DNA of 64,000 nucleotides from Macrostomum lignano (Eukaryota), in the NCBI GenBank assembly GCA_002269645.1, contig NIVC01000550.1:186001-250000 (forward strand), read 5' to 3'. Shown here in pieces: positions 11,485-30,800 of the stretch. Under the pieces are notes generated by a model. The model saw only the letters and a list, made by a program, of their open reading frames with translations, was not told the origin of the DNA and did no database searches. Made by a program: the position numbers and the translations under genes. Within the stretch, counting starts at the first letter, position 1. Each line of letters opens with the position of its first letter.

Positions 11485-12789
11485 TCAGCTGGCGTTGTCT
11501 TCGAGTGCAGCTGGCAGCATGTCCGCGGATTGCCTTGCAGAGTGCGGTGTGCAGATAAATATAAAATACTTGCCAACGCCAGCGCAACTAACGCACGCGT
11601 TTTTATCCCAATTTTTTATCCCAAAAATCCCAAACTCGTCCTCTCTGCCGCTTCCTTCCCCTACCCGCAACCGAAGAGCGACATAGAATTCAGATTCGTG
11701 TGTCCCGCTCCCTCCGTCCCTTGCTCCCTCTTCCCCTATTTTCCTCTCCCAGAAGGAAATCGCTATATTAGATCGAGGGTCTCGCATGCCCAGAGAAACC
11801 TTCGGCCAACCAATGCCGATTTTTCTCCCATTTTTCCTGTCCTTGTCCGCTCTCTCTCTCACGGTCGGCGCCCCAACCCAAATCCATATTTTGTGTGATT
11901 TTGGCGAAAGTCTCCCACCAAAGAAGGCAAAAAAGAGGTGGGGAGAGTTGTCGTAGGGGTTGGATCGGTGGGTCCGGGTTAAAGCCCTGAGGATATTTTT
12001 CCTATCAGCTATATTCTGCAGGCCGGACGGACAGACTGGCGTGAACAACGGGCTTATTCCGCAAGCAGTCAGTCAGGCAATCCTTGAGGGGTCAGTGTGT
12101 CGCAATTGTTGCCATAGTGACTCGCAAAGATCATCTAAGTATATATGCTATATATAGTAGTACATTTTCATTACATTGATGTAGAAGGTTTTACATCTTT
12201 CTAAACTCGCGTGTAATCTACGTGATGCAGCAGTCTGACTGACCCTTACCACTCAATTCCTCTTTCCCACGCTCTTCACCTCTCCACTCTTCATCTCCGT
12301 CTCTATCAGCCGTCCTTTCTTGCCCTGCACCCCCCCCCCTCGATGCTCCCCTGTGCCCCACCGCAGTAATAATGCCTCAAATAGTCTTCTCCTTCTGAAC
12401 TTCTCTCTGTCCTTCAGTCACGGATTGATGATAAAATTTAAAGTCCTTGGGATAATGATTGTCCCTGCAGGGCACAGATAATTGCAGTCATGGCTGCACG
12501 CATGCAACTCGAATGCAATTTTAATTTCTTAAATTAGATTAGATTTACTGTACATGTAGGCATGGCATAAGATTTTCATTTGTGCTTAAACACTCAAAGA
12601 CTTTTTACAGACTTGCTTTCTTCTTTAGTGAAGCATACTACTAAAGTTATTTTTAAAGAGGTACTGGATAGAATCCGGCATCTATATTTTTCCTTTATGT
12701 TTCATTCTGGGTCATCTAATCTCTCATATATTTACTTTTAATATCTCTTTCTAATCCTCTAATCTCTCTTTTTTCTCTAATCTCACTGT

Positions 12790-13270
12790 TTTTTCCTCTA
12801 ATCTCGCTCTCAGTCTAATCTTTTCTAATCTCAATCTAATCTCAGTCTAATCTCAGTCCAATCTCATCTAATCTCAGTCTAATCTTATCCAATCTCAGTC
12901 TAATCTCAGTCTAATCTCATCTAATCTCAGTCTAATCTCAGTCTAATTTCATCTAATCTCAGTCTAATCTCAGTCTAATCTCAGTCTAATCTCAGTCTAA
13001 TCTCATCTAATCTCAGTCTAATCTCATTCTAATCTCAGTCTAATCTTATCCAATCTCAGTCTAATCTTCTCTTTTTTCACTCTTGTATCCTCTAATCCTT
13101 CACATTTCTCCTTTAATCTCAGTCTAATCTTCTCTTTTTTCACTCTTGTATCCTCTAATCCTTCACATTTCTCCTTTAATCTCAGTCTAATCTTATCCAA
13201 TCTCAGTCTAATCTTCTCTTTTTTCACTCTTGTATCCTCTAATCCTTCACATTTCTCCTTTAATCTCTGT
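12790..13270. repeat. CTAATCTCAGT/CTAATCTCAT (10-11 bp) tandem array ending in three longer composite units
   Basis: Direct reading. The ORF at 13024-13227 is its translation. Confidence 0.9.
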
Positions 13271-13849
13271 CCTCTTCTCCTAGTTTCTCTCTAACCTTAT
13301 ACATTAGTTACGGACCCACTGACAGGTGAAAGTCAGGTAAAAATTTATCGATGACAGATTGGCCGAAATGCTCATAGCTGCTGCTGCATTTGAGACGGGA
13401 AGAAAGAAACGGAGTTGCTAGGGCTATGAAACGGCAAGGAAAAAAGTTTAGCCTCTCTCGGGTTAGCCAACAGAATAGGATGGAGAATCGACACTGATCC
13501 CACAGTTTGGGAAGAAAGACAAGCATATTTCCCAATTCCTACCTTTCCCTTTTTGTCATAGTTGCTGGGCATCTGCAAACTGTCACTCAACTTTGAACTT
13601 CACAACAGCCAGGCTTCGCTTTTTGGCCAGAAAAAGAGGACACGAAATAAAGTTGGGAATGGCGCAGAATAAAGTTTATGTAGCTAAAATAAATTGCCAT
13701 TTTGTACCTTGCCTGTGCCATTGTTATTGTCGCGTGCCATTTTTAATTTTAAGAAGCCATTTTTATTTTTTAGATGCAATTTTATATATTTGGATGTCAT
13801 TTTTAATTTTTGGTGCCATTTTTAATTTTTGTGGCATTTCTTATTGTAG

Positions 13850-14080
13850 GGTGCCATTTTTCATTGTAGAGTGCCATTTTTCATTGTAGGGTGCCATTTT
13901 TCATTGTAGGGTGCCATTTTTCATTGTAGGGTGCCATTTTTCATTGTAGGGTGCCATTTTTCATTGTAGGGTGCCATTTTTCATTGTAGGGTGCCATTTT
14001 TAATTGTAGGGTGCCATTTTCAATTGTAGGGTGCCATTTTTGATTTTAAGGTGCCATTTTAATTGTAGGGTGCCATTTTT
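13850..14080. repeat. 20-bp minisatellite GGGTGCCATTTTTCATTGTA
   Basis: About 11 near-identical units. Confidence 0.9.
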
Positions 14081-14563
14081 AACTTTGGAGCTTTTGAAGG
14101 CTAAAAGACGCCATTTTATCGCTTTAGAATGTCATTGTTAACGTTGGCACCATTGTCATAGTCAAAGCTAAGGAACTTACGAACTTGACGCCATTGTGCA
14201 AATCAGTGGCGCCATTATCAGAACTAGACATTGCGTAGACTCTATCTATGCAGCCAGGTCTCACCCTCATGTGTAACATCGATCCAATTCGTTAACAATC
14301 AAACTCTTAATTATAAGTCTAATTGCGACGCATTAGCCGTAGATGGCACAGATTGCTGTGAGGGTCCTGCGAGGAATATTTCTCTCCTTCAGAACATGAA
14401 TCGGGCTGGCACCGCAGCCCCGGCCACTCAAATCAAATCTGTGCCGCCAGATTTAACGGGAAATTTATAACCCTCACCGGACTGAAGGGCTGCACTCCCA
14501 ATTAGCTAATGGACTGCGGTCTTGCCTGCGCGATAGAAGTAGTTACTTTGATAGAATGCTTAC

Positions 14564-15380
<817 letters not shown>

Positions 15381-15852
15381 GGACTGCACAGGACTTGCCT
15401 GTAAACCGAGAGCCAGGGCTTAGGACGTGAGGGGCAGGTGGAGGCCGGACTATTTCGAGATGGAAATCCGCAGAGATGGGAGCTTCAGGTCTCCAATGCG
15501 TGCCAAGCGGAGAAGTACACCTGGACAACTGTTTATAGGCCATGAACAGGTGTTGTTTAAAATTAAGCATGACTTTCTATCCCGGAAAATCAGAGGATGC
15601 CTGGTTGCTATCGCATGTACAATGTGGCAAAGATAGGTGTGGCAACTACAATAAGTGAGGTCAAAAGCAGTGGGTTTTTGGAGGACGATATAGATGGATA
15701 GAGATGGATCGAAGTGGGAATAGGTGGATATAAAGCTGGATAAAGATTGGCAAGATGCAGATAAATTTATTTAAAGGTGCATAAATAGGAATGGATGCAG
15801 AGAGAGGTGCGTAGGGGTGGATAAATGCGAATAGATGAGGATTGGGGTGAAT

Positions 15853-16343
15853 AGATGTGGATAGCAGTGGATAGATGTGGATAGCAGTGGATAGATGTGG
15901 ATAGCAGTGGATAGATGTGGATAGCAGTTGATAGATAGATGTGGATAGCAGTGGATAGATGTGGATAGCAGTGGATAGATGTGGATAGCAGTGGATAGAT
16001 AGATGTGGATAGCAGTGGATAGATGTGGATAGCAGTGGATAGATGTGGATGGCGGTGGAGAGATGTGGATAGCAGTGGATAGATAGATGTGGATAGCAGT
16101 GGATAGATGTGGATGGCGGTGGATAGATGTGGATAGGAGTGGATAGATGTGGATAGCAGTGGATAGATGTGGATAGCAGTGGATAGATGTGGATAGGAGT
16201 GGATAGGAGTGGATAGATGTGGATAGGAGTGGATAGATGTGGATAGATGTGGATAGATGTGGATAGATGTGGATAGAAGTGAATAGGAGTGGATAGATGT
16301 GAATAGGAGTGGATAGATGTGGATAGGAGTGGATAGATGTGGA
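15853..16343. repeat. GTGGATAGAT / GTGGATAGCA (10/20-bp) satellite, which resumes after the retrotransposon at 21747-21800
   Basis: Direct reading. Confidence 0.9.
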
Positions 16344-16444
16344 TAGAAGTGGGTACTTACTTACTTACTACTGACGGGGGGCGCAGGCGCCGCGAATAGG
16401 CCGCGAGGCCCCTATCGCAACCCCAAGGTAAAAGAGCACAAGGA

Positions 16445-21322
<4,878 letters not shown>

Positions 21323-22159
21323 TTATCCCAGGATTGCTCCCAGGCGAGGCTCCGGCAGGCCCCCGGTCCACACTCTGCAAGATCAGGGGGCGGGAGGCCG
21401 GCTGTGGGCTTGGGACACAGGCGCCAGGTCGAGTTGACAGCCGACGCCCGAGCCCTCCCCCACAAGAGCGGCCCTCGAGAACCCGTGTGGTACCAGTTGC
21501 AACTAAGGGCTGTCGATGGGTAGTTGGCGCTTAGCCAGCAGCCAACTACTTAGCAGCCACCTGCCCCGCAAAAAAGCAGCAGGGGGGATCCGTCCCCCAC
21601 CAGCAGACCAAGACGAGGAAGCTAGCCGCTTCCACGCCAGGCCAGAACGAAAAGGAGGGGGAAGAGCCTCCTCGAAAAACGAAAAGCTGGCGGATGTCAC
21701 AGAGTCCCTCGGTTTAAGTTGCCGTTTGCCCCCCTAGAAGTGGGTAAGGGTGGATAGATGTGGATAGAGGTGTATAGATGTGGATAGATATGAATAGGGG
21801 TAGAGAGCTATACTCAAAATATCTTACTCAAAAGATATTCGGAAAAAATCGCTCTGCAATCTCGCACGCCCACTTTGCTTAAAAAAGTACATCTTGCTCT
21901 CCATCTAGCTCCTTCAGCTCCTACAGCTCTCAATCACTGAGGGCAAGCCCTTCTCTTGGGAAATTCACGGGGAACTAATGAGCTTTGAGACGCATTAATA
22001 GACCATTATAAGCTGGAGAAAGCTCAACTGGAGATTACCAGAAAATTTATTGATTGTGAGAAAGAAATCGGATGAAGCTGATTGATTGAGAATTTTTGAC
22101 ACGCAATGGACTGAACGCTGATCTGCGCTGACTGAGACAAGTGCTGGGCAAAATGGAGC

Positions 22160-22955
22160 TTGGCGCCACTGGCATCTACTTGGCGCCAGTGGCATCTATT
22201 TTGGCGCCACTGGCATCTATTTTGGCGTCACTAGCATCTTTTTTGGCGCCATTAGCATCCATTTTAGCGCCACTGACATCTACTTTGGCGCCACTGACAT
22301 CTATTTTGGCGTCACTAGCATCTTTTTTGGCGCCATTAGCATCCATTTTAGCGCCACTGACATCTACTTTGGCGCCACTGACATCTATTTTGGCGCCACT
22401 GTCATCAATTTGGCGCCACTGACATCTTTTTTGGCGCCACTGGCTTCTATTTTGGCGCCACTGGCATCTATTTTGGCGCCATTAGCATCTATTTTAGCGC
22501 CACTGGCATCTCTTCTGGCGCCATTAGCATCTATTTTCGCGCCACTGTCATCTATTTTAGCGCCACTGTCATTTATTTTAGCGCCACTGTCATTTATTTT
22601 GGCGACACTGTCATTTATTTTAGCGCCACTGTCATTTATTTTGGCACCACTATCATCGATTTTAGCGCCACTGGCATATATTTTGGCGCAGCTGTCATCG
22701 ATTTTAGCGCCATTAGCATCTATTTTAGCGCCACTGTCATCTATTTTAGCGCCACTGTCATTTATTTTAGCGCCACTGTCATTTATTTTGGCGACACTGT
22801 CATTTATTTTAGCGCCACTGTCATTTATTTTGGCACCACTATCATCGATTTTAGCGCCACTGGCATATATTTTAGCGCCACTGTCATCTATTTTGGCGCC
22901 ACTGGCATCTATTTTGGCGCCACCGGCATCTATTTTGGCGCCACTGGCACTACTG
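22160..22955. repeat. 21-bp minisatellite TTTTGGCGCCACTGGCATCTA
   Basis: About 38 units with variants. The LAPLASI ORFs are artefacts. Confidence 0.92.
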
Positions 22956-23461
22956 TGGCACCATAACTTGAGAACTGCTCATTGCAAGCTCATATGCATA
23001 TGCAAAGGAGGGTTGTAAAAATGGGTGGTAAAAGTCTGACTTAAAAAATAACCGGTTCGAACTCGAAAGGCCGACTCAGAAGGAACCCTCGAGCTGACAG
23101 GCCATCTCCCTTCCCCACCATCAAATTCGGGGGAGTTCTCCACTCGAACCCAGCAATGGCCTCACCGGAAAGGGGAGTGCTGGCACTCTTCACTCAAGAG
23201 TCATTGGCCTTGCCTTCCCAGCAAATTGAGCTCCCAGCAAAGAAGACCCCAGTGTTAGTACAGTCTCAACAGCTGGTCTGCTTTCATATAGTGGCGTCTT
23301 GTAAGGATTCTTGTCAGAAATCGCACTGTTCTGACACTACAGCTCTTCCTTCTCACCCAGCGCTTTCGCAATTTGGCTCTCTGAATCTGCAGCAGCACAT
23401 TAATTCGATTGATAGCTTCATTCCTTCAGGTTTAATTTCAACCTCAGCTTCAGAGCAACTG

Positions 23462-23995
23462 CATCCGTCATTAATGCCATCCAATCTCATCCGTCATTAA
23501 TGCCATCCAATCTCATCCATCATTAATGCCATCCAATCTCATCCATCATTAATCCCATCCAATCTCATCCATCATCAATGCCATCCAATCTCATCCATCA
23601 TTAATGCCATCCAATCTCATCCATCGTCAATGCCATCCAATCTCATCCGTCATTAATGCCATCCAATCTCATCCATCATTAATGCCATCCAATCTCATCC
23701 ATCATTAATGCCATCCAATCTCATCCATCATTAATGCCATCCAATCTCATCCATCATTAATCCCATCCAATCTCATCCGTCATCAATCCCATTCACTTTC
23801 ATTCATCATTAATCCCATCCAATCTCATCCATCACAAATCTTATCCTTCAATAATATCATCCCATCTCATCCATTACAAATCTTATCCATCACAAATCTC
23901 ATCGCATCTTATCCATCATTAATTTTATCCTATCTTATCCATCATCAATCTCATCTAATCTCATCCATTATCGATCTCATCCAATCTCATCCAAT
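23462..23995. repeat. 26-bp minisatellite CCATCCAATCTCATCCATCATTAATG
   Basis: Direct reading; degenerates towards the right. Confidence 0.9.
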
Positions 23996-24249
23996 CAGGC
24001 AGCGCACAAAAATAGTAACCATTTTTCGGAGTTTTAAATGTGTGTACACAATCGCTGGTAAACAGGTATTTGTTGATAATGTGCTCATGTATTTGGGTAG
24101 TGCCTAAAACCAACAACAACTATGAGCGCAGGCTCATCTTGCAATACAGTAATATAGCAAATATGAGATACATGTAAGGCATGCAGATTGCATTGTGTAA
24201 GATATGAATTATTATCGCACCAATTTGAAGTGCTCTGACTCATTTTTGA

Positions 24250-24635
24250 TGACCCTGTCCCATTTTGGTGACCCTAACCCACTTTAGTGACCCTGATCTA
24301 TTATGGAGACCTTGCAGAACCATTTTGGTGACCTGGACCCATTTTGGTGACCCTGATCCATTATGGAGACCCTGACCCATTTTGGTGACCCGGACCCATT
24401 TTGGTGACCCTAGCTGATACATTATGGAGACCCTGACCCATTATGGTGACACTGACCCATCTTGTTGACCCTGACCCATTTTGGTGGCCCTGACCCAGCC
24501 ATTTTGGTGACTTTGACCCATTATGGTGATACTGACCCATCTTGGTGGCCCTGACCCATTTTGGTAGCCCTGACCCATTTAGCTGAACCTCACTCATTTT
24601 AGTGACCCTGGACCCATTTCGGTAGCACTGACCCA
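24250..24635. repeat. 19-bp degenerate minisatellite GACCCTGACCCATTTTGGT just 3' of the Hox gene
   Basis: Direct reading. Confidence 0.85.
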
Positions 24636-24822
24636 ACATCATAGGATTAAAATTCTGCGCAAATAAAGTAACAGGATAAAATACCGAACCGAAACTACAC
24701 TACTGACTAGCGATAAAACCTGATCAGTAGTGTAGAACGCACGCGTGCACAAAAATTTAAAAACTATTTTATAGATTACAATCATAGCTACAGTGTTGTT
24801 CTTCTGCATGAAGAAAATTTTT

Positions 24823-27800
24823 TCAGACGCCGCCGTACAGACCACCACCGCCGACGCCGCAGGCAGCATCCAGTTCATCGACGCCTTCGTCATCTTCATC
24901 ATCGCCAAACGCGTTAGTCGACTTCTTTGACTCGGCGTTCAACTCGCGAATTTGTTGCTTCTCTTTTTTCAGTTTCATTCGTCGGTTTTGAAACCAAATT
25001 TTGATTTGCCGCTCCGTGAGGCCCAGCAGGTGGGCGATCTCGATTCGACGCCTGCGTGTCAAGTAGTTGTTGAATTTGAACTCCTTCTCCAGCTCCAGGG
25101 TCTGCTGACGGCTGTAGGTCTGGCGCCCGCTGCGGCGCTGCACCGAGTTCGGACCTGCAACAGGTAGGGATAGGAGAGTGTCAGGAGAGGAGTTGGGGTG
25201 TCAGGAGAGGAGTTGGGGTGTCAGGAGAGGAGTTGGGGTGTCAGGAGAGGAGTTGGGGTGTCAGGAGAGGAGTTGGGGTGTCAGGAGAGGAGTTGGGGTG
25301 TCAGGAGAGGAGTTGGGGTGTCAGGAGAGGAGTTGGGGTGTCAGGAGAGGAGTTGGGGTGTCAGGAGAGGAGTTGGAGTGTCAGGAGAGGAGTTGGGGTG
25401 TCAGGAGAGGAGTTGGGGTGTCAGGAGAGGAGTTGGGGTGTCAGGAGAGGAGTTGGGGTGTCAGGAGAGGAGTTGGGGTGTCAGGAGAGGAGTTGGGGTG
25501 TCAGGAGAGGAGTTGGGGTGTCAGGAGAGGAGTTGGGGTGTCAGGAGAGGAGTTGGGGTGTCAGGAGAGGAGTTGGGGTGTCCGGAGAGGAGTTAGGGTG
25601 TCAGGAGAGGAGTTGGGATGTCAGGAGAGGAGTTGGGGTGTCAGGAGAGGAGTTGGGGTGTCAGGAGAGGAGTTGGGGTGTCAGGAGAGGAGTTGGGGTG
25701 TCAGAAGAGGAGTTGGGGTGTCAGGAGAAGAGTTGGGGTGTCAGGAGAGGAGTTGGGGTGTCAGGAGAGGAGTTGGGGTGTCAGGAGAGGAGCTGGGGTG
25801 TCAGGAGAGGAGTTGGGGTGTCAGGAGAGGAGTTGGGGTGTCAGGAGAGGAGTTGGGGTGTCAAGAGAGGAGTCGGGCTGTCAGGTGAGGAGTTGGGGTA
25901 TTGGGAGAGGAGTTGGGCTGTCAGGTGAGGAGTTGGGGTATTGGGAGAGGAGTTGGGTGTCGGGAGAGGTTGGAGTGTCAGGAGAGGCTCTGTAATCTCA
26001 TTAGTGGCACTGTCATCTCAGGAGAGGCACTGCAATCTCAGGAGAGGCACTGTAATCTCAGGAGAGGCACTGCAATCTCAGGAGAGGCACTGTAATCTCA
26101 AGAGAGGCACTGCAATCTCAGGAGAGGCACTGTAATCTCAAGAGAGGCACTGTCATCTCAGGAGAGGCAATGCAATCTGACAAGATCAACTTGTGTATAA
26201 AAGACACTGCAGCGTCAGGAACAAGCCTATATACATTATCTGAAGAATACATGGAGAAACGTTAAAATCAAGTTTCCTAATGTCTAAGCGTACAAACGTA
26301 CCCAATAAATCAATGCCTTCTTTTCCCTATAGGGTTAGGGTAAGGGCTAGGATAGGTACACGGTCAGGCACCAACGTGGGTGGGCTTGACTGGGTGAGAA
26401 ATCGCTAGAATTATTGGAATATTATCTCTATATCCTTCTGCAGCTCCACTTTCACCTGTTGCCTTATAGTAATAATCCTAATCCTGATAACACTAGCGGT
26501 TGGGATATCAGAGGACATAAAAATGGTCATAACTGTCAACTCCTACTGGCGGTAGGAGAGGGGTTTCAGCGGTTTCTAATACAGCTTTCGCCAGAAAGAA
26601 GATATCTGCTGCTTCTAGAGCAAAGCAAAACATCAAAGGGGGGGGCCAAGTGTTTCATATGCAAGCACTGGTTCGAGGGAAATAGAAGGAAGGGTGGAGC
26701 TTATTCTCCAGGTGCTCTGATTTATAACCCAAGTTTTTGGTCCAGTCTAGCAGCCAAGGACTACCGATCTTCAGGGGTGGCAGTGACTATCCCCACCGAT
26801 CCTTCAGGGGTGGCAGTGACTATCCCCACCGATCCTTCAGGGGTGGCAGTGACTATCCCCACCGATCCTTCAGGGGTGGCAGTGACTATCCCCACCGATC
26901 CTTCAGGGGTGGCAGTGACTATCCCCACCGATCCTTCAGGGGTGGCAGTGACTATCCCCACCGATCCTTCAGGGGTGGCAGTGACTATCCCCACCGATCC
27001 TTCAGGGGTGGCAGTGACTATCCCCACCGATCCTTCAGGGGTGGCAGTGACTATCCCCAACGATCCTTCAGGGGTCCCCCACCGATCCTTCAGGGGTCCC
27101 CCACCGATCCTTCAGGGGTGGCAGTGAAAATCCCCACCGATCCTTCAGGGGTCCCCCACCGATCCTTCAGGGGTGGCAGTGACTATCCCCAACGATCCTT
27201 CAGGGGTGGCAGTGACTATCCCCAACGATCCTTCAGGGGTCCCCCACCGATCCTTCAGGGGTCCCCCACCGATCCTTCAGGGGTGGCAGTGAAAATCCCC
27301 ACCGATCCTTCAGGGGTCCCCCACCGATCCTTCAGGGGTGGCAGTGACAATCCCCACCGATCCTTCAGGGGTGGCAGTGACTATCCCCAACGATCCTTCA
27401 GGGGTCCCCCACCGATCCTTCAGGGGTGGCAGTGACAATCCCCACCGATCCTTCAGGGGTCCCCCACCGATCCTTCAGGGGTGGCAGTGACAATCCCCAC
27501 CGATCCTTCAGGGGTCCCCCACCGATCCTTCAGGGGTGGCAGTGACAATCCCCACCGATCCTTCAGGGGTCCCCCACCGATCCTTCAGGGGTGGCAGTGG
27601 CTGTTGTTCCATTTTTCAGGAGTGGCATCTTCAAGGTTCAGGGGGTGCTTCAGGCCAATCTCTCCGGTTTGTCCAGTTTCCGAAATCCCAGTCTAGTCGT
27701 TAGTTTCCAGACGTCCCTGGCCGGCGGTGAGGTTTTACCCCTAAACCTTGCTTTTTATTTCATTTTCTTCTGCGGTTTAGTCATGGCTATTCGAAGAAGC

Positions 27801-30800
27801 CATGCAGGCCTCATTCAATAGTAAAATAACTTTTTTATCACCCGACTCGGCCTAGCGCGGGCTTCGCACAGATAATCAAAAAAAGAAATGAAGATTAGAG
27901 GCCCAAGAGTTACGAGGCGTGACGGTTTTTATGGCCATAGATTGATTTATACGGCGCACCTCAGTGTTGGGTTGAGAATGGCTATGCTTGGTAAGCTGGT
28001 TTATCGTATAGAGAGTCATTCAAAAATTGGGTGCCCCCACGATAAAACAAACGGCGCCCACAACAAACGGCGCCCACAACAAATGGCGCCCACAACAAAT
28101 GGCGCCCCTCAAAAAACGGCGCCCCACAACAAAAGGCGGCCCACAAAACACGGCGCCCATAAACACACGGCACCCCACAAAAAACGGCGCCCCAAAACAC
28201 ACGGCACCCCACAAAAAACGGTGCCCATAAACACACGGCACCCCACAAAAAACGGCGCCCCAAAACACACGGCACCCCACAAAAAACGGCGCCCACAACA
28301 AACGGCGCCCACAACAAATGGCGCCCACAACAAATGGCGCCCCTCAAAAAACGGCGCCCCACAACAAAAGGCGGCCCACAAAACACGGCGCCCATAAACA
28401 CACGGCACCCCACAAAAAACGGCGCCCAAAACACACGGCACCCCACAAAAAACGGCGCCCATAAACACACGGCACCCCACAAAAAACGGTGCCCATAAAC
28501 ACACGGCACCCCACAAAAAACGGTGCCCATTAACACACGGCACCCCACAAAAAACGGCGCGCCCTACAACAAACGGCGCCTCATATTAAATGGCGATGGC
28601 GCCCCACAACAAACGGCGCCCCACAAAAAATGGCGCGCCACAACAAACTTTTAACCAACGTTATAACAACCACATAAGCGCCTGGGGAACAATGGCCCAT
28701 GCGTGCATGGGATAAAGTTTTTTATGCCTGAACATATTTTTCTTACGCGCAAGAAAGGAATAGCGCGGTGAATTTCGAAAAAAATTGTTTTGAAAAAATA
28801 TGCGTCAATTATATATAAACCTATGTACGCTTGTATCCATATAGCTTGTATAGACACTTCTTATTTTCGTTTGAAGTTGCAAGTGTGGTCGGGTCGGCGG
28901 CATAGGAAGTCGTATTACACCCTTTCAGAGAGAGAGAGGTATCATAGTTGCCGCTAGCAAAAGAACAACCAAGGCAAAAAAGTGTCTGACCGAGAGCCTT
29001 GGCCTCCAGACTTGCAGGTGGTTGCAAGAGGAGAGAGGGTGTGTAGGCTCGTATTAACGAAGAGGGAGTGCGTCTGAGCGCTTTTTATTGCTTTACAACC
29101 TGTGTGCAGAAACTAGACGATTTTTGGGATTCGAAGCGCGAAAAATGTCTTGGAACTGCGAACTGCACGCGAGCGATGCGATTTGGGGAATTTTAGGTAC
29201 ACCTTTTAAGGATGTATTTAGCAAACTGGTGGACTGCTTCTGTTCGTATTTCTCCTGTGTATGAGAAGGTTTAATTAGATGTGCTCAGAGAGAATCTCAA
29301 AAAACAGTTGATTCCTAAAATTCAAGAAATTGTAAGCGAAAACTGCAAAAAGATTTAGGCGGAAACTTCAAGTACATTGTAGGCGGAAACTTCAAAGAGA
29401 TAGTAAGCGGAAACTTCAAGTACATTGTAGGCGGAAACTTCAAAGAGATAGTAAGCGAAAACTTCAAGTACATTGTAGGCGGAAACTTCAAAGAGATAGT
29501 AAGCGGAAACTTCAAGTACATTGTAGGCGGAAACTTCAAAGAGATAGTAAGCGGAAACTTCAAGTACATTGTAGGCGGAAACTTCAAAGAAATTGTAGGC
29601 GGAAACTACAAATACATTGTAGGCGGAAACTTCAGAGATATTGTAGTCAACATTACTAAGAGATTGCTGGCAGAAACTTCAGAGAGATTGCAGGCGGAAA
29701 CTTCAGAGAGATTGCAGGCGGAAACTTCAGAGAGATTGTAGGCGGAAACTTCAAAGAGATTGTAGGCGGAAACTTCAAAGAGATTGTAGGCGGAAACTTC
29801 AAAGAGATTGTAGGCGGAAACTTCAAAGGCGGAAATTCTAAATACATTGTAGGTGGAAACTACAAAATTATTTTACTCATGGTCGGAAAGTCCGAACGAT
29901 ATTTACAATTTCAGTTGAAATTTCAATTTGATATAAACGCAATTCAATTTTACGATCACAGAATTAAATTTGCATGATTTAATTCCTCAACTAATGACAT
30001 TAGCCGTATGAACAAAACTTTATTATAGTAACCCCCATTTTTACCGTGCGCGAGGCCAGCCTTTCACACACATGACTCACACAGCAGTTGTTTTCTTTTT
30101 CAACACATTAATAGATTTATGTATAGAATTTTTCGATCACTGCATACTCCGTATGGAGCAGAGCTCAAACAAACAGCTGTATTTATAGGACAAGAAGAGC
30201 CATGTCTTCATATTGTGTATTTCTGAAGCCGTTAATCAAAGATTTAGATCCTAGATGATCTATATGGGGACTATTTTTGGTTTGGTTCGTTTTTAACAAA
30301 TATCTATATTAACCCAAGCATAGCACTAAAATCTAGGATTTATGTATAGAAAAGGGATTTGGTTTGGAAATGAATTTTTATTTGCTAAACGCTGCAATAC
30401 TTAATACGAATTATAGCTCATAAGTTTATTTTTCGAGTTGTAATAAACAAATTAATGCGAAATTAAATCCACTGAAGATTCAGAGAGGAAAGCTTGTGAA
30501 CATTGTCGTTATAGTTTGTGAAGTTTCCGGTTAGTTTGTGAATTTTTTATTCTAGTTTGTGAAGTTTGTGGTTAGTTTGTGAAGCTTCTGGTTAGTTTGT
30601 GAAATCTGTGAAGTCTCATGGTTAGTTTGTGAAAATTGTGATGTTTCTGGTTAGTTTGTGAAATCTGTGAAGTCTCATGGTTAGTTTGTGAAAATTGTGA
30701 TGTTTCTGGTTAGTTTGTGAAATCTGTGAAGTCTCATGGTTAGTTTGTGAAAATTGTGATGTTTCTGGTTAGTTTGTGATATTTCTGATTCTACTTTGTG

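Noticed and set aside
11089-12048. Antisense and upstream ORFs around the GPCR
   Set aside because: Shadow ORFs of a GC-rich CDS or purine/pyrimidine-biased promoter sequence, with no domain signal.
26238-26270. CTGAAGA...GAAACGTT hammerhead-like string
   Set aside because: Stem II lacks the G-C closing pair and stems I and II barely pair.
25178-29847. Repeat ORFs inside the Hox intron
   Set aside because: All are minisatellite translations.
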